A stretch of 64,000 nucleotides of DNA from Verrucomicrobiota bacterium (GCA_038209745.1 JBBQXJ010000003.1:46284-110283), one strand, 5' to 3'; shown: positions 29,819 to 39,760, counted from the stretch's first letter. A program made the numbers and translations. Notes: a model not told the origin generated them from the letters alone.

Positions 29819-32800
29819 ATGAAGAGAACACGCCCAATAAGATTCCTGCTGAAGGAGATGGCCGCCGCCATTGCTGCTGCGGCGCTCATGCTCGGTGCCG
29901 CCGATGGAGCCACGACTGTAGGCCTCAACTTCCAGAGCGATGCCGGCCCCTCCACCGGCTACTCCGGCAAGCATGTCACTGGAACCGCCTTTGGCATCGA
30001 GACCACGAATTGGTTCAATCTCACGCCGACACCGGATTTCGCGATCAGCACGAATTCCCAGACCGTCGCGTTGCCTTCCGGCGGTGAAGTGACTCTCACC
30101 TGGAGGGCGAACAACGCGTATGAAAGTCTGATCAACAATGACGGCATGCTCGGGGTGCCGCCGGGGGAAGACGAAGTGTTCTGGGGCTACTTGGACGATT
30201 CGGGGCCCGGCTATCAATTCAAGATTTCCGGCCTTCGCGGTGTGGCTGCCGACTACAAGATTGTGGCGATAGCGGCGACCGATGGCGGAGTCGGTTTCAG
30301 CGATGTGACCGTGAAAACGGCGATGGAAACGAACGTGGTCAACTACACCAACGATCCCGGTCAGACCGTGCCGGTGGGCGGAGCCGCTTGGGCGACCAGC
30401 ACGGTTTCCACCGCCTTCGCGACCCTTTCGGCCAACGACTCGGTCTCGATCGCCGGCCTGCCGCGCAATGGAAGCACGCGGTCCACCTTGGCGGGAATCA
30501 TCCTCCAATATACGCCGGGAGTGAACGCTCCATTGGTCGAGACCCAGCCCTCGACGCCAGCCGGAACGATCTTCAAGGGAACCTCGTTCGTCCTGTCCAG
30601 TGCCGCGTCGGGGACCGCGCCGCTCGCCTATCAGTGGCGTCTCGCCGGCGCCCCGATCCCGGGAGCGACGAATGCCGCCTACACCAATCTCAGCGCCGTG
30701 CTCGCCGACGTGGGCGACTACGATTTGGTGGTCACCAATCTCTTCGGCATGGCCACCAGTTCGGCCGCTGCCGTTGCCGTCACGGATGTCATCCGGCCGA
30801 CGATCACCACGGCGCCGATCTCCCGATCCGCATATCCCGGCTACGACGTCGCCTTCAAGGTCGTGGGGAGCGGCGGTTCGCTTTCGTACCTTTGGAAGAA
30901 GGGCATGGATCCGATTCCCGGCGCAACCGGTGCGACGCTGGTTTTGTCCAACGTCACTGCGGCCAATGCGGGCACCTACACGGTGACGGTGAGCAATCCG
31001 GTCGGCAGTGTGGACGGTTCGGCAACCCTCGCCGTTCTGACTCCGGGTGCCTATGACGGCGCTGTGGCCGGCCTGAGGCCGTTTTCCTATGTCCGGCTCA
31101 ACGAAACGGGAACCATTCCCGCCGACACGGCCGCAAACGCGGGCTCCTTCGGCGCTTCCGGCGCCGGGCTCTATCGCTCCGGCGCCGTTCATCCCGTGTC
31201 CGGCGCGTTGGCTTCGGGCACGGGCACGGCCGCGCACTTCGACGGCAGCGCTTCGCACGTCCTCGTGCCGTTTGCTCCGGAACTGAATCCGGTCGCGGCC
31301 TTCACCTTCGAAGTTTGGCTCAATCCCGACGTCGCGCTGTCGGGCACCACGCTGAAATCGCCGCTCTCCTGCGGCGACTTCGCCAGCCCGCGCGCGGGTT
31401 GGCTGGTCTATCAGAGCGCCACCGGCTGGAACCTGCGCCTCTACAACCAGACCGGGATCGCCACTTCTCTCGACGTCACCGGCGGCACGGCTCCCGTGGC
31501 CGGCACCTGGTATCACATTGCCGGAACCTATGACGGCACGACCGCGACGCTCTATGTCAACGGCTCGGCGGTCGCGTCCGGTGCTCCGACGAGCTACGTG
31601 CCGGGCACGGCCGGGGGATTCGCCGTCGGCATGCGCTCCGACTCCGCCTTCCAGTGGGCGGGTGCGGCCGATGAGCCCGCCTTCTACTCCTCCGCGCTGA
31701 GCGGTGCACGGATCCTCGCCCATTTTGAGGCGGGCACCAACGCGGCCCCGGCGACCTCCTACTCGGCCGAAGTGCTGGCGGATTCCCCGGTGGTCTATCT
31801 CAAGCTCGACGAGCCGACGTTTGAAGGGAAGAAGTCCCCGAATCTCGGGACTTGGGGGCCGGTCTACGACGGCGTCTACGGTTCGTTCAGTTCAACGCTT
31901 TCCGGCGATCCTGGAATCTATCTTGGAGTCAACGGCCCGCGGCCGCCGGGCGTCCCCGGCTTCGAAGCCGACAACAGAGCCCTCCAGATGACGAACGGAA
32001 CGGTGAACCTCGGGGTGTTCGGCTTGAACACCAACGCCCTGACCATCACCTGCTGGGTCAAGCGCGACGCGGTCCAACCGGGCGATCTTGCCGGGCTGGT
32101 CTTCGAGCGTTCCTCCACCGAGGCGACCGGGCTTCACATGATGCCGGACGGCGAGCTTCGCTACCATTGGAACGACACTCAATACGGCTGGAGTTCCGGT
32201 CTGGTTCCGCCCGTGGGGCAATGGACCTTTGTTGCGCTCGTCGTCGAACCGACCCAGGCCACCATGTATATGGACGCCGGCTCGGGGCTGGTGTCCGCCG
32301 TCAACAGCGCGACGCACGTCAAGGTGGCGTTCGCCAGTTCCATGAACATCGGCAACGACCGGATCGCACGGCCCTATGCGGGCGCGATCGACGAGGTCGC
32401 GGTCTTCAACCGTCCGCTCTCCGCCGGTGAAATCTCGCTCTTGTCGCTGGCCGCTTCGGGCAATTCCGTTTCGCTGGAACTGGCGTCCGGAGGCGTGATC
32501 CAGGACGTGAAGCCTACCGGCACGTTGCACCACGGCTTCAGCCATGCCACTTCCTGGCAAGCCTCGTTCCAAGACGCCGCCTTGGTAACCCGCACCGGCG
32601 TCCGCAAGTTTTCGGCGGCCGAAGGTGGCCAGGTCACCGTCCCGGCCGACCCGGACTTCGACTCCTCCACCGGCACCATCACGTTCTGGATCCGAGCCAC
32701 GGCTCCGATTCCTGGCCCCGGCAATGAAGCTGCCATCCTCTTCGACCGCCGCGACACAACCGGCGACGTCATCGCGTTGAACGACACCGGTGCCATCTTC

Positions 32801-33325
32801 GTGCAGGCGAAGGGCGTCGGCGGCGCTTCCGCCAATACCATCTCTGGAGGCTATCTTCCGGATGATCTCTGGCACCACGTCGCCTACGTCTACGACCAAT
32901 CCGCCTCCGGCTCGATCAAGGTCTATGTCGACGGCGTCCTCACCATCAACAATCCGAACACCATTGCTTGGAGCTGGCCTGTGGCACGTCCGCTGGAGAT
33001 CGGCAGGTCGCACGACGGCTACTGGAAGCGGTTCGACGGGTTGATGGACGACTTCCGCGTCTACAACCGGGTGTTGAGCGAATCGGAAGTCGGACAGATC
33101 TTCAGCAGCAACGCCTTGGTGGATGGCGGCGCTTTGCGGCTCCGTTTCGACTTCGACAAAGGGACTTTCGGCAAGAGCGTCGTCTGGCAATACGGCACGC
33201 TGGAAAGTACGCCGGTTCTGGGACCCGCTGCCACTTGGTTGCCTGTTCCAGGAGCCACGTCGCCCTTCAGCTTCCTGCCTGAAAACGGCGGAGCCGGCTT
33301 GTTCTTCCGCACCCGGGTTCCCTGA
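29819..33325 (+). CDS. Large secreted protein with two Ig-like and three LamG-like (concanavalin A) domains
   Basis: SG.APLAYQW, G.Y.V.V.N..G Ig motifs; W.H.A.TYDG...LYVNG, G.IDEVAVFNR.LS, G.MDDFRVYNRVLS LamG motifs. Confidence 0.85.
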   Translation: MKRTRPIRFLLKEMAAAIAAAALMLGAADGATTVGLNFQSDAGPSTGYSGKHVTGTAFGIETTNWFNLTPTPDFAISTNSQTVALPSGGEVTLTWRANNAYESLINNDGMLGVPPGEDEVFWGYLDDSGPGYQFKISGLRGVAADYKIVAIAATDGGVGFSDVTVKTAMETNVVNYTNDPGQTVPVGGAAWATSTVSTAFATLSANDSVSIAGLPRNGSTRSTLAGIILQYTPGVNAPLVETQPSTPAGTIFKGTSFVLSSAASGTAPLAYQWRLAGAPIPGATNAAYTNLSAVLADVGDYDLVVTNLFGMATSSAAAVAVTDVIRPTITTAPISRSAYPGYDVAFKVVGSGGSLSYLWKKGMDPIPGATGATLVLSNVTAANAGTYTVTVSNPVGSVDGSATLAVLTPGAYDGAVAGLRPFSYVRLNETGTIPADTAANAGSFGASGAGLYRSGAVHPVSGALASGTGTAAHFDGSASHVLVPFAPELNPVAAFTFEVWLNPDVALSGTTLKSPLSCGDFASPRAGWLVYQSATGWNLRLYNQTGIATSLDVTGGTAPVAGTWYHIAGTYDGTTATLYVNGSAVASGAPTSYVPGTAGGFAVGMRSDSAFQWAGAADEPAFYSSALSGARILAHFEAGTNAAPATSYSAEVLADSPVVYLKLDEPTFEGKKSPNLGTWGPVYDGVYGSFSSTLSGDPGIYLGVNGPRPPGVPGFEADNRALQMTNGTVNLGVFGLNTNALTITCWVKRDAVQPGDLAGLVFERSSTEATGLHMMPDGELRYHWNDTQYGWSSGLVPPVGQWTFVALVVEPTQATMYMDAGSGLVSAVNSATHVKVAFASSMNIGNDRIARPYAGAIDEVAVFNRPLSAGEISLLSLAASGNSVSLELASGGVIQDVKPTGTLHHGFSHATSWQASFQDAALVTRTGVRKFSAAEGGQVTVPADPDFDSSTGTITFWIRATAPIPGPGNEAAILFDRRDTTGDVIALNDTGAIFVQAKGVGGASANTISGGYLPDDLWHHVAYVYDQSASGSIKVYVDGVLTINNPNTIAWSWPVARPLEIGRSHDGYWKRFDGLMDDFRVYNRVLSESEVGQIFSSNALVDGGALRLRFDFDKGTFGKSVVWQYGTLESTPVLGPAATWLPVPGATSPFSFLPENGGAGLFFRTRVP

Positions 33326-33353
33326 TAGGACACCCCCACACAGGCAAACCAAG

Positions 33354-33385
33354 GCGGCCGGGAGCGATCCCGGCCGCTCTTTTTT
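33354..33385 (+). terminator. Intrinsic terminator
   Basis: gcggccggga-gcga-tcccggccgc-tctttttt. Confidence 0.85.
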
Positions 33386-33439
33386 ACGGCTGTTCCGCGT
33401 CGCCATTGGCCTTCGACCCGCGCGGATCTGGCGGCGGCG

Positions 33440-34047
33440 ATGGATCGATTGAGTCCAGGCGAGATCACGGCGGCACGCTCCCGTTACCTGAAGAGCCTGC
33501 TGCGCGAAGCGCGCAAGGGTCCGGACACATGGGTCTTGGTCGACAAGAACCCGTCGGTCACCGGCCTGCTGCATCTTTTCCTGCGCATTTTCCCGGAGCT
33601 CAGGGTGGTCATCACGCTCCGTGATCCGCGCGACGTGGGGTGGGCTGCTATTTCCAGAGCCTGATGCTCAACGGCACCAAGGTGAACTTCCTCTCCCTGG
33701 AGCGAACGGCGAGGCACTACGCGGATCTCATCGACACATGGCTGCGGCTACGGGAGCTCGGCGGCTTCGACTCGATCGAAACCCGCTAAGAGGACGTGGT
33801 CGACGACGTGGAACGGAAAGAGCGCAAGGTCACTGAATTTCTGGGACTGGAATGGCGATCAGGCCAGGCGCGTTTCCATGAAAACAGTCGGCGGAAGTTC
33901 GGCCATGCCCCGACCTATCACGACGTGACCCGGCCCGTGTATCGACGGGCGCTGAAACGGTGGGAACGCTATGCTGAAGCGCTGGAGCCCTTTCAAGCGA
34001 AGCTGGATCCGTCTCTGAACGCCTTTGGCCATGCGGCTTTGCCGTAA
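33440..34047 (+). pseudogene. Sulfotransferase (TPR-sulfotransferase C-terminal type) remnant
   Basis: LVDKNP...IFPE.RV...LRDPRDV; frameshift near 33640 to CYFQ; in-frame TAA at 33787-33789 in R*EDVV; N-terminus missing. Confidence 0.8.
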
Positions 34048-34053
34048 GAGGTC

Positions 34054-35090
34054 CTACCGCCCCAGATACTTCAGCACCGCTTCGGTGCGACTGTGGATGT
34101 GCAGCTTTTCGTAGACGCTCCGGAGGTGGGTGCGGACGGTCTCGAGGCTGATGTTCAAGAGGTCGGCGATTTCCTTGTAGGAATGACCCTTGGCCAGAGC
34201 GGCCAGGACCTGGCTTTCGCGAGTTGGTAAGCGTGCGGATCTCGGGCGCGCGCTGGACCTCTTTCGGCGCTTCGTTGATCTCCTGGAAGAACTGGACGAC
34301 ACGTCGCGCGATCTGCCGGGACATCGGTGCGCCGCCGCTGGTGATCTCGCGGATGGCGCCGCCCGACAATCCGTCCTCGTGGCGGAACGGGATGAACCTT
34401 CCACCGCGGAGCTGGAACAGGCCGTCGTCCAACCATCCCGCCCAGATCGAGCCGTCCGGACCCTCCGCGAGGGACGAGATGTAGGCCAGAGCAAGCCCGT
34501 TCGACAGGTTGAACTCGGCCCATTGACCGTTTCGACGACAAAGCACGATGCCATTTCCGATCAAGGCCCAAAGGCGTCCTCGGTGGTCATGGAGCAAGCA
34601 GCAGGAAAGGATTCTTCGCGACTCGTTGGGACCGAACTCCTCATGAAGACGTCCTTCGGTGAACTCGAAAAGTCCACGCGTTGCGGTGGCGATCCACACA
34701 GATCCGTCGCGATCACTGAGGAAGCTGGCGCCCGGGGCGCCTTCCAGAGCGGCCAATGCCGACGCGTCCACGAACTGTCCGCCTTCCCACAGGCAGACCC
34801 CGGCGCGCGTCCCGATCCAGATTCGGCCCTGCTGGTCGAGTTCGAGAGCGTTCACCGTGTCGCTGCCGGGACCGCGAATCGGAAGGCCTAGCATCTTGGT
34901 TTGGCCATTGCGGAAACGGCAAAGGCCGCCGCTGGTGCCGATCTATAAAGGGCCGTTCTCGTCTTCTTGAAGCGCTCGGATTTCCAGCGCGGGAAGGCCT
35001 TCCCGAAGACCGAATCGCGTGAAGCGAATGCCGTCGAAGCGGGCGAGTCCGTCGCGGGTTCCCGGCCAAAGGTAGCCGTCCCGCGCCGGT
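34054..35090 (-). pseudogene. Collapsed two-component pair: beta-propeller sensor N-terminus fused to NarL/LuxR regulator C-terminus
   Basis: RDGYLW.GT, GRIWIGT, DGSVWIAT propeller repeats with TAG at 34943-34945; joins AIREITSGGAPMS.QIAR.VV; extra base near 34222 before RE..VL..LAKG.SYKEIA..L.IS.ETVRTH. Confidence 0.8.
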
Positions 35091-35134
35091 GCTCCGGCAA
35101 CCCCCTGCTTGGGCGTCGGGAGGTCGAGCCAACG

Positions 35135-35168
35135 AAAAAGGCCCGGATCCTGCGATCCGGGCCTCTTT
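35135..35168 (-). terminator. Intrinsic terminator of the infA-PPIase unit
   Basis: aggcccggatc/gatccgggcct stem with TTTTT on the minus strand. Confidence 0.8.
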
Positions 35169-35183
35169 GATGATCAGGGAAGA

Positions 35184-35804
35184 TTATTTCACTTCGCTGG
35201 CGGGGACGATCTTGATGCTGGTGACGCCCATGCGCTTGTCGGGGCGATCCTGCGGGTGGGTCGGAGTCGTGGCGATCTTCTCGAGGACGTCTTCGCCTTT
35301 GATCACCTTACCGAAGGCAGTGTATTGGCCGTCGAGGAAGCTGGGGGTGCCGTGGCAGATGAAGAACTGGCTCCCGGCGGAGTTCGGATCCTGCGAACGA
35401 GCCATGGAGAGCACACCCTTGGTGTGGGGCTTCTTGTTGAACTCGGCCTTGATCTTGTAGCCGGGACCGCCGGTGCCCCAACGGGCTTCGGCCGCAGGAT
35501 CCTTGGTCAACGGATCGCCGCCCTGGATCATGAAGCCTTTGATGACACGGTGGAAACAGGTGCCGTCGTAAAAGCCTTCGCGGGCGAGTTTCTTGAAGTT
35601 TTCGACATGACCGGGGGCTACGTCGGGCCAGAATTCTAGGACCATGACCCCTTCGGTGGTGGTGATGACGGCGACTTCGTTGGTGGTGCTCACTGGTTTC
35701 TTTTCTTCCTTTTTCGGGGTTTCAACAGCCTGCCCGGGAGTGGTCTCGGCCGCGAAGAGCGGCAGGGCCAAACCGACGAGCAGAGAGAATAGGATGGATT
35801 TCAT
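35184..35804 (-). CDS. Cyclophilin-type peptidyl-prolyl cis-trans isomerase, exported
   Basis: GFYDGT.FHRVIKGFMIQGGDP, SMARS..PNSAGSQFFI, LDGQYTAFGKV; signal peptide. Confidence 0.95.
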   Translation of the reverse strand: MKSILFSLLVGLALPLFAAETTPGQAVETPKKEEKKPVSTTNEVAVITTTEGVMVLEFWPDVAPGHVENFKKLAREGFYDGTCFHRVIKGFMIQGGDPLTKDPAAEARWGTGGPGYKIKAEFNKKPHTKGVLSMARSQDPNSAGSQFFICHGTPSFLDGQYTAFGKVIKGEDVLEKIATTPTHPQDRPDKRMGVTSIKIVPASEVK

Positions 35805-35841
35805 AAATCGGATGTTTGGACGACCAGGGACCCGTGCGCGT

Positions 35842-36060
35842 TCAACGCTCACGGAAGACGATCCGGGCCTTCGACAAGTCGTAGGGCGACATCGCCACCT
35901 GGACCTGGTCGCCGACACTGATGCGGATGAAGTTCTTTCGCATCTTGCCCGAGATGTGGGCAAGCACTTCGTGCCCATTGGGCAATTTGACGCGGAACAT
36001 CGTCCCGGGCAGGACCTGGGACACGGTTCCAGTCAGCTGGATGTGGTCTTCCTTTGGCAC
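35842..36060 (-). CDS. infA: Translation initiation factor IF-1
   Basis: KED.I...G.V...[40 protein letters not shown]. Confidence 0.97.
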   Translation of the reverse strand: MPKEDHIQLTGTVSQVLPGTMFRVKLPNGHEVLAHISGKMRKNFIRISVGDQVQVAMSPYDLSKARIVFRER

Positions 36061-36171
36061 AGCGACTCAAATTGTTCTGGGGCAACCCCGATTCATTCGG
36101 GGCAAGCGGAGTTACGCTGCCAACGTCCCTTTTGAAATCAAGGGAAAGTTGCCGCCCAGCTGCTGCCACGC

Positions 36172-37797
36172 CTACGGCGTGCGCCGTTTTTCGATGCCAA
36201 GTGCCTTGAGCCGTGAAGCGAGAGTCGTGGGGCGCATGCCGAGCAACTCGGCCGCGCCACCTGGTCCAAAGATCTTCCCTCGGGTGATGGCGAGGGCGGC
36301 CTCGATGCTCTCGCGCTCGCGGCGCTTCAGCTCGTTGCGGGTAGGCACCGGGTCGCCGACGGCGATGGGCTGGGTCGTGTGTCTGGGCATCTCCGGGGAC
36401 GGCAGATCAAAACGCAGGGGGCCGCCCTGGGATAGGATCACGGCGCGTTCCGCGGCATTCTGGAGCTCGCGGATGTTGCCCGGCCAATCGTAGGCGCTCA
36501 GTTGGTCCACGTGCCCCTGGGTCAGTCGTGGTGTGGGACGGTTCATCTTGGCGGCGGTTTGACGGACAAAATGGAGGGCGAGCGGCCCGATGTCGTCACG
36601 GCGTTCTCGCAAGGCAGGAACCTCGATCGGGAAGACGCTGAGGCGGTAGAAGAGGTCCTGGCGGAACCGACCGGCATCCACCTCGCTCTTCAGGTTGCGA
36701 TTGCTGGCAGCGACGATGCGGACGTTGATCTTGCGGGGCCGTGTTTCACCGACGCGTTCGATCTCCTGCTCCTGGAGGACACGAAGGAGCTTGGACTGCA
36801 TGGCGAGCGGCAGCTCCCCGATTTCATCCAGAAAGAGCGTGCCGCCATCCGCCAGTTCGAAGCGGCCGGGCTTGTCCTTCAAGGCCCCGGTGAACGCGCC
36901 CCGTGCGTGGCCGAAGAATTCGCTCTCGAACAGGTTCTCGGGAATGGCACCGCAGTTGACCTTGATCAACGGCCGGCCGCGTCTCGGGCTTCGTTCATGG
37001 AGGGCGCGGGCGACGAGTTCTTTGCCGGTGCCGCTTTCGCCGTGGATCAGGACGGCGGCGTCGGTCGGCGCGACGAGTTCAATTTGCTGGAGAACCTTCC
37101 TGAGCACGGGGCTTTGTCCGACGATGTCCCGCGTGCCGAGGGCTTCGGTGACTTCCTCGCGGAGGTAGACGTTCTCCTGTTCGAGCCGCGCCTTGAGCGC
37201 CTCGATCTCCTCGAAGGCGCGCGCATTGGCGATGGCCACGGCGGCATGGTTCGCGAAGCTCTGGAGCCTCTCAAAATCTCCGGGTCGAAAGGCCGTCCGG
37301 CTGAACACGCCGAGCACCGCCAACGTTTCATCCCGGAAGATCAGCGGATGGCCGGAGAAGGTGATGATCCGCTCCGTGCGCACCCAGTCGGGACGCGCGA
37401 TCCATGTCGAGTCGTTGGCCATCTCCGGAATGACGATCGGTTGGCCGGTGGCCGCAATGTGGCCGATCTTGCGGACGCCGATGGGGAACCGGCGGAAATG
37501 GCCGTTGAGCCGCGACCAATCTTCCGACTTGTCGGTGGGGGTGCCGACGCTCGCCACGAGGTGGAGGCACTTTGACTGGTCCGGACATTCGCTCTTGAAC
37601 CGGCATTCGCCACAGATGTCGCCCGGTGCGACGCGCCAGATCCGGACGAGGGCGGCGTCCAGACAGGCTTCGGTCTTGGTTGTGAACCCGCCGCCTGTCA
37701 TGTCCGCGATGCCCTCGACGATTTTCTGGAGGACTGCCGCGACGGACCGCTGCTGGGCGATAGCGAAGATCACCTCGTGCAGGGCATTCATGTTCAT
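36172..37797 (-). CDS. Sigma54-dependent Fis-family activator (FhlA-like) with Cys-rich GAF domain
   Basis: GESGTGKE, GAFTGA, LFLDEIGE, FRQDLFYRL, WPGNIREL, C-terminal HTH. Confidence 0.95.
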   Translation of the reverse strand: MNMNALHEVIFAIAQQRSVAAVLQKIVEGIADMTGGGFTTKTEACLDAALVRIWRVAPGDICGECRFKSECPDQSKCLHLVASVGTPTDKSEDWSRLNGHFRRFPIGVRKIGHIAATGQPIVIPEMANDSTWIARPDWVRTERIITFSGHPLIFRDETLAVLGVFSRTAFRPGDFERLQSFANHAAVAIANARAFEEIEALKARLEQENVYLREEVTEALGTRDIVGQSPVLRKVLQQIELVAPTDAAVLIHGESGTGKELVARALHERSPRRGRPLIKVNCGAIPENLFESEFFGHARGAFTGALKDKPGRFELADGGTLFLDEIGELPLAMQSKLLRVLQEQEIERVGETRPRKINVRIVAASNRNLKSEVDAGRFRQDLFYRLSVFPIEVPALRERRDDIGPLALHFVRQTAAKMNRPTPRLTQGHVDQLSAYDWPGNIRELQNAAERAVILSQGGPLRFDLPSPEMPRHTTQPIAVGDPVPTRNELKRRERESIEAALAITRGKIFGPGGAAELLGMRPTTLASRLKALGIEKRRTP

Positions 37798-37808
37798 GCT
37801 GTTAAAAG

Positions 37809-37863
37809 CTACGTAGGTTCGTAAACGAGGCGACTAAATTTCGTAGTCTACGAACTGTCGTAG
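37809..37863. promoter_or_regulatory. Three imperfect palindromes, consensus CTACGA-N4-TCGTAG (candidate enhancer/autoregulatory sites)
   Basis: ctacgtaggttcgtaa 37809-37824; cgactaaatttcgtag 37831-37846; ctacgaactgtcgtag 37848-37863. Confidence 0.65.
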
Positions 37864-37930
37864 TGGATGGGACGGCGACGATTTTGTAGAAAAGCCAATG
37901 ATCCCAACATTTTCAGCGCGCGCGAAGGGC

Positions 37931-37945
37931 TGGCACAACTCATGT
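37931..37945 (+). promoter_or_regulatory. Putative sigma54 -24/-12 promoter (non-canonical -12)
   Basis: TGGCACAACTCATGT versus consensus TGGCAC-N5-TTGC; lies downstream of the palindromes and upstream of the 38008 operon. Confidence 0.55.
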
Positions 37946-38007
37946 GATAGGGGGGGGAGTAGTGCTGCACACCGCAGCGATGAACCAGAAAACGAAAGCA
38001 ACATATC

Positions 38008-38589
38008 ATGAATCGCATCGCCCAACTCGATCCCGCCCAGACTTCCGGCAAGGCCCAGCAGCTCTTCACTGCCGTCCAAGCCAAGCTCGGGATCGTCCCC
38101 AACCTCGTCCGGGTTCTCGGTAATTCCCCGGCCGCTCTTGAATCGTATCTGGGCTTCAGCGGTGCGCTCGCTGGCGGAGTGCTCAGCGCCCGGATCCGGG
38201 AGCAGATCTCTCTCGTCGTCGCGGAGACAAATCTCTGCGGCTACTGCCTCAGCGCCCACACCTACCTCGGGTCCAAGCTGGGTCTGAGCGAAGCCGAGAT
38301 CGCAGGCGCCCGCCGCGCCACCGCCACGCCCGTTCGGGACGACGCCGTTTTGAAGTTGGCCCGCGCCATCGTCCTACAACGTGGAGAAATCTCCGACGCC
38401 GATCTCGCGGCCGCGAAGGGTGCCGGCTTGAACGACGCCGAGCTCGTCGAGGTCGTCGCCAACGTCTCACTCAACATCTTCACGAACTACCTGAACCATG
38501 TGGCCCGCACCGTGGTGGACTTTCCGGAAGTGAAGCCCGGCGCGACCGAACCCGCCTCCGGCGCCGACGGTAGCAGCGGTGCGCATTGA
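38008..38589 (+). CDS. AhpD-like / carboxymuconolactone decarboxylase family peroxidase-related protein
   Basis: G.VPN, REQI.L.VA..N.CGYCLSAH, NIFTNY.N. Confidence 0.9.
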   Translation: MNRIAQLDPAQTSGKAQQLFTAVQAKLGIVPNLVRVLGNSPAALESYLGFSGALAGGVLSARIREQISLVVAETNLCGYCLSAHTYLGSKLGLSEAEIAGARRATATPVRDDAVLKLARAIVLQRGEISDADLAAAKGAGLNDAELVEVVANVSLNIFTNYLNHVARTVVDFPEVKPGATEPASGADGSSGAH

Positions 38590-38691
38590 GATTCTACGGG
38601 ATCCGGGAGTGGCGCGGCTAGCTGGCCTGCTGCCCCGGGTCCGTCCCCCGTTCTTCCCGTTGCCAGATTCCTTTTCCCCAGAGCCAACATC

Positions 38692-39123
38692 ATGACCACT
38701 CGTCCTCCGCTGCCGCCCTTCACCGAGGAAAGCGCGCGCCAAAAGATCCGGGCCGCCGAAGACGCCTGGAACAGCCGCGATCCGGAACGCGTCGCTCTCG
38801 CCTACACCGAAGATTCCCATTGGCGGAACCGGTCCGACTTCCTTACTGGCCGCGCCGAGATCGTCGCCTTTCTCCGCGTCAAATGGGCGCGGGAACTCGA
38901 CTATCGTTTGCGCAAGGAACTGTGGGCCTTCACCGGCCACCGCATCGCGGTGCGGTTCGAATACGAATTCCACGATGTCCAAGGGGGTTGGTACCGCGCC
39001 TACGGCAACGAGAACTGGGAATTCGCCGCGAACGGTCTCATGCAGCGTCGGTTCGCCAGCATCAACGACGTCGCCATCGCGGAGGCCGACCGCAAGTTCC
39101 GGTGGGAACGTCCCGCCGCCTGA
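38692..39123 (+). CDS. DUF1348 / NTF2-like (SnoaL-like) protein
   Basis: [40 protein letters not shown]. Confidence 0.9.
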   Translation: MTTRPPLPPFTEESARQKIRAAEDAWNSRDPERVALAYTEDSHWRNRSDFLTGRAEIVAFLRVKWARELDYRLRKELWAFTGHRIAVRFEYEFHDVQGGWYRAYGNENWEFAANGLMQRRFASINDVAIAEADRKFRWERPAA

Positions 39124-39154
39124 AACACGACACTCCCCTCAACCCTCCTGCGAC

Positions 39155-39757
39155 ATGGCCGCACAATACCTCCAAACCCTGTTCACTCCCGCGGTTCAAG
39201 CCGCGCAGGCCCGCTATTTCGGTCGCGAACAACCCGTCCCGCCGCAAACAGCCCATGATCCTTTGGGCGCCGAGGAAACGGAGTTCATCGACCGGCGAGA
39301 CAGCTTCTATCTCGCGTCCGTGTCCGAATCGGGCTGGCCCTACATCCAGCATCGCGGCGGCAAGCCGGGGTTTCTGCATGTGGTCGATCCGTCGACGCTG
39401 GCCTTCGCCGACTATCGCGGGAACCGACAGATGCTCTCGACCGGCAACGTCTCCGCCAACAGCCGCGTCGCGCTGTTTCTCATGGACTACCCACGCCGCG
39501 AACGTCTCAAGGTTCTGGGCCACGCCCGAGTGGAAGATGCGCGGGAGCACCCGGAGCTGGTGGCGCGATTCGCGGAGCCCGATGTCCAGCGCATCACCGA
39601 GCGGATCTACTTCGTCGACGTGCTGTCGTTCGACTGGAACTGCCCGCAATACATCACGCCACGCTACACCGAAGCCGAAGTCCGCGAAGCCCTCGCCCCG
39701 CTCCGGGCCCGCGTCTCCGAACTCGAGGCCCGGCTTGCCGCCGTCAACGCCCGATGA
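39155..39757 (+). CDS. Pyridoxamine 5'-phosphate oxidase family FMN-binding protein
   Basis: FI..RDSFY.ASV...GWPYIQHRGG.PGF, DY.GNRQ..S.GN, FDWNCPQYI.PR. Confidence 0.9.
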   Translation: MAAQYLQTLFTPAVQAAQARYFGREQPVPPQTAHDPLGAEETEFIDRRDSFYLASVSESGWPYIQHRGGKPGFLHVVDPSTLAFADYRGNRQMLSTGNVSANSRVALFLMDYPRRERLKVLGHARVEDAREHPELVARFAEPDVQRITERIYFVDVLSFDWNCPQYITPRYTEAEVREALAPLRARVSELEARLAAVNAR

Positions 39758-39760
39758 AAC

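Noticed and set aside
33830..34894. 354-aa ORF as an intact novel propeller-regulator fusion
   Set aside because: Upstream in-frame stop, no signal peptide, and the HTH lies in another frame; treated as a pseudogene.
37950..37957. G8 tract as a phase-variation switch
   Set aside because: Too short to support on its own in high-GC DNA.
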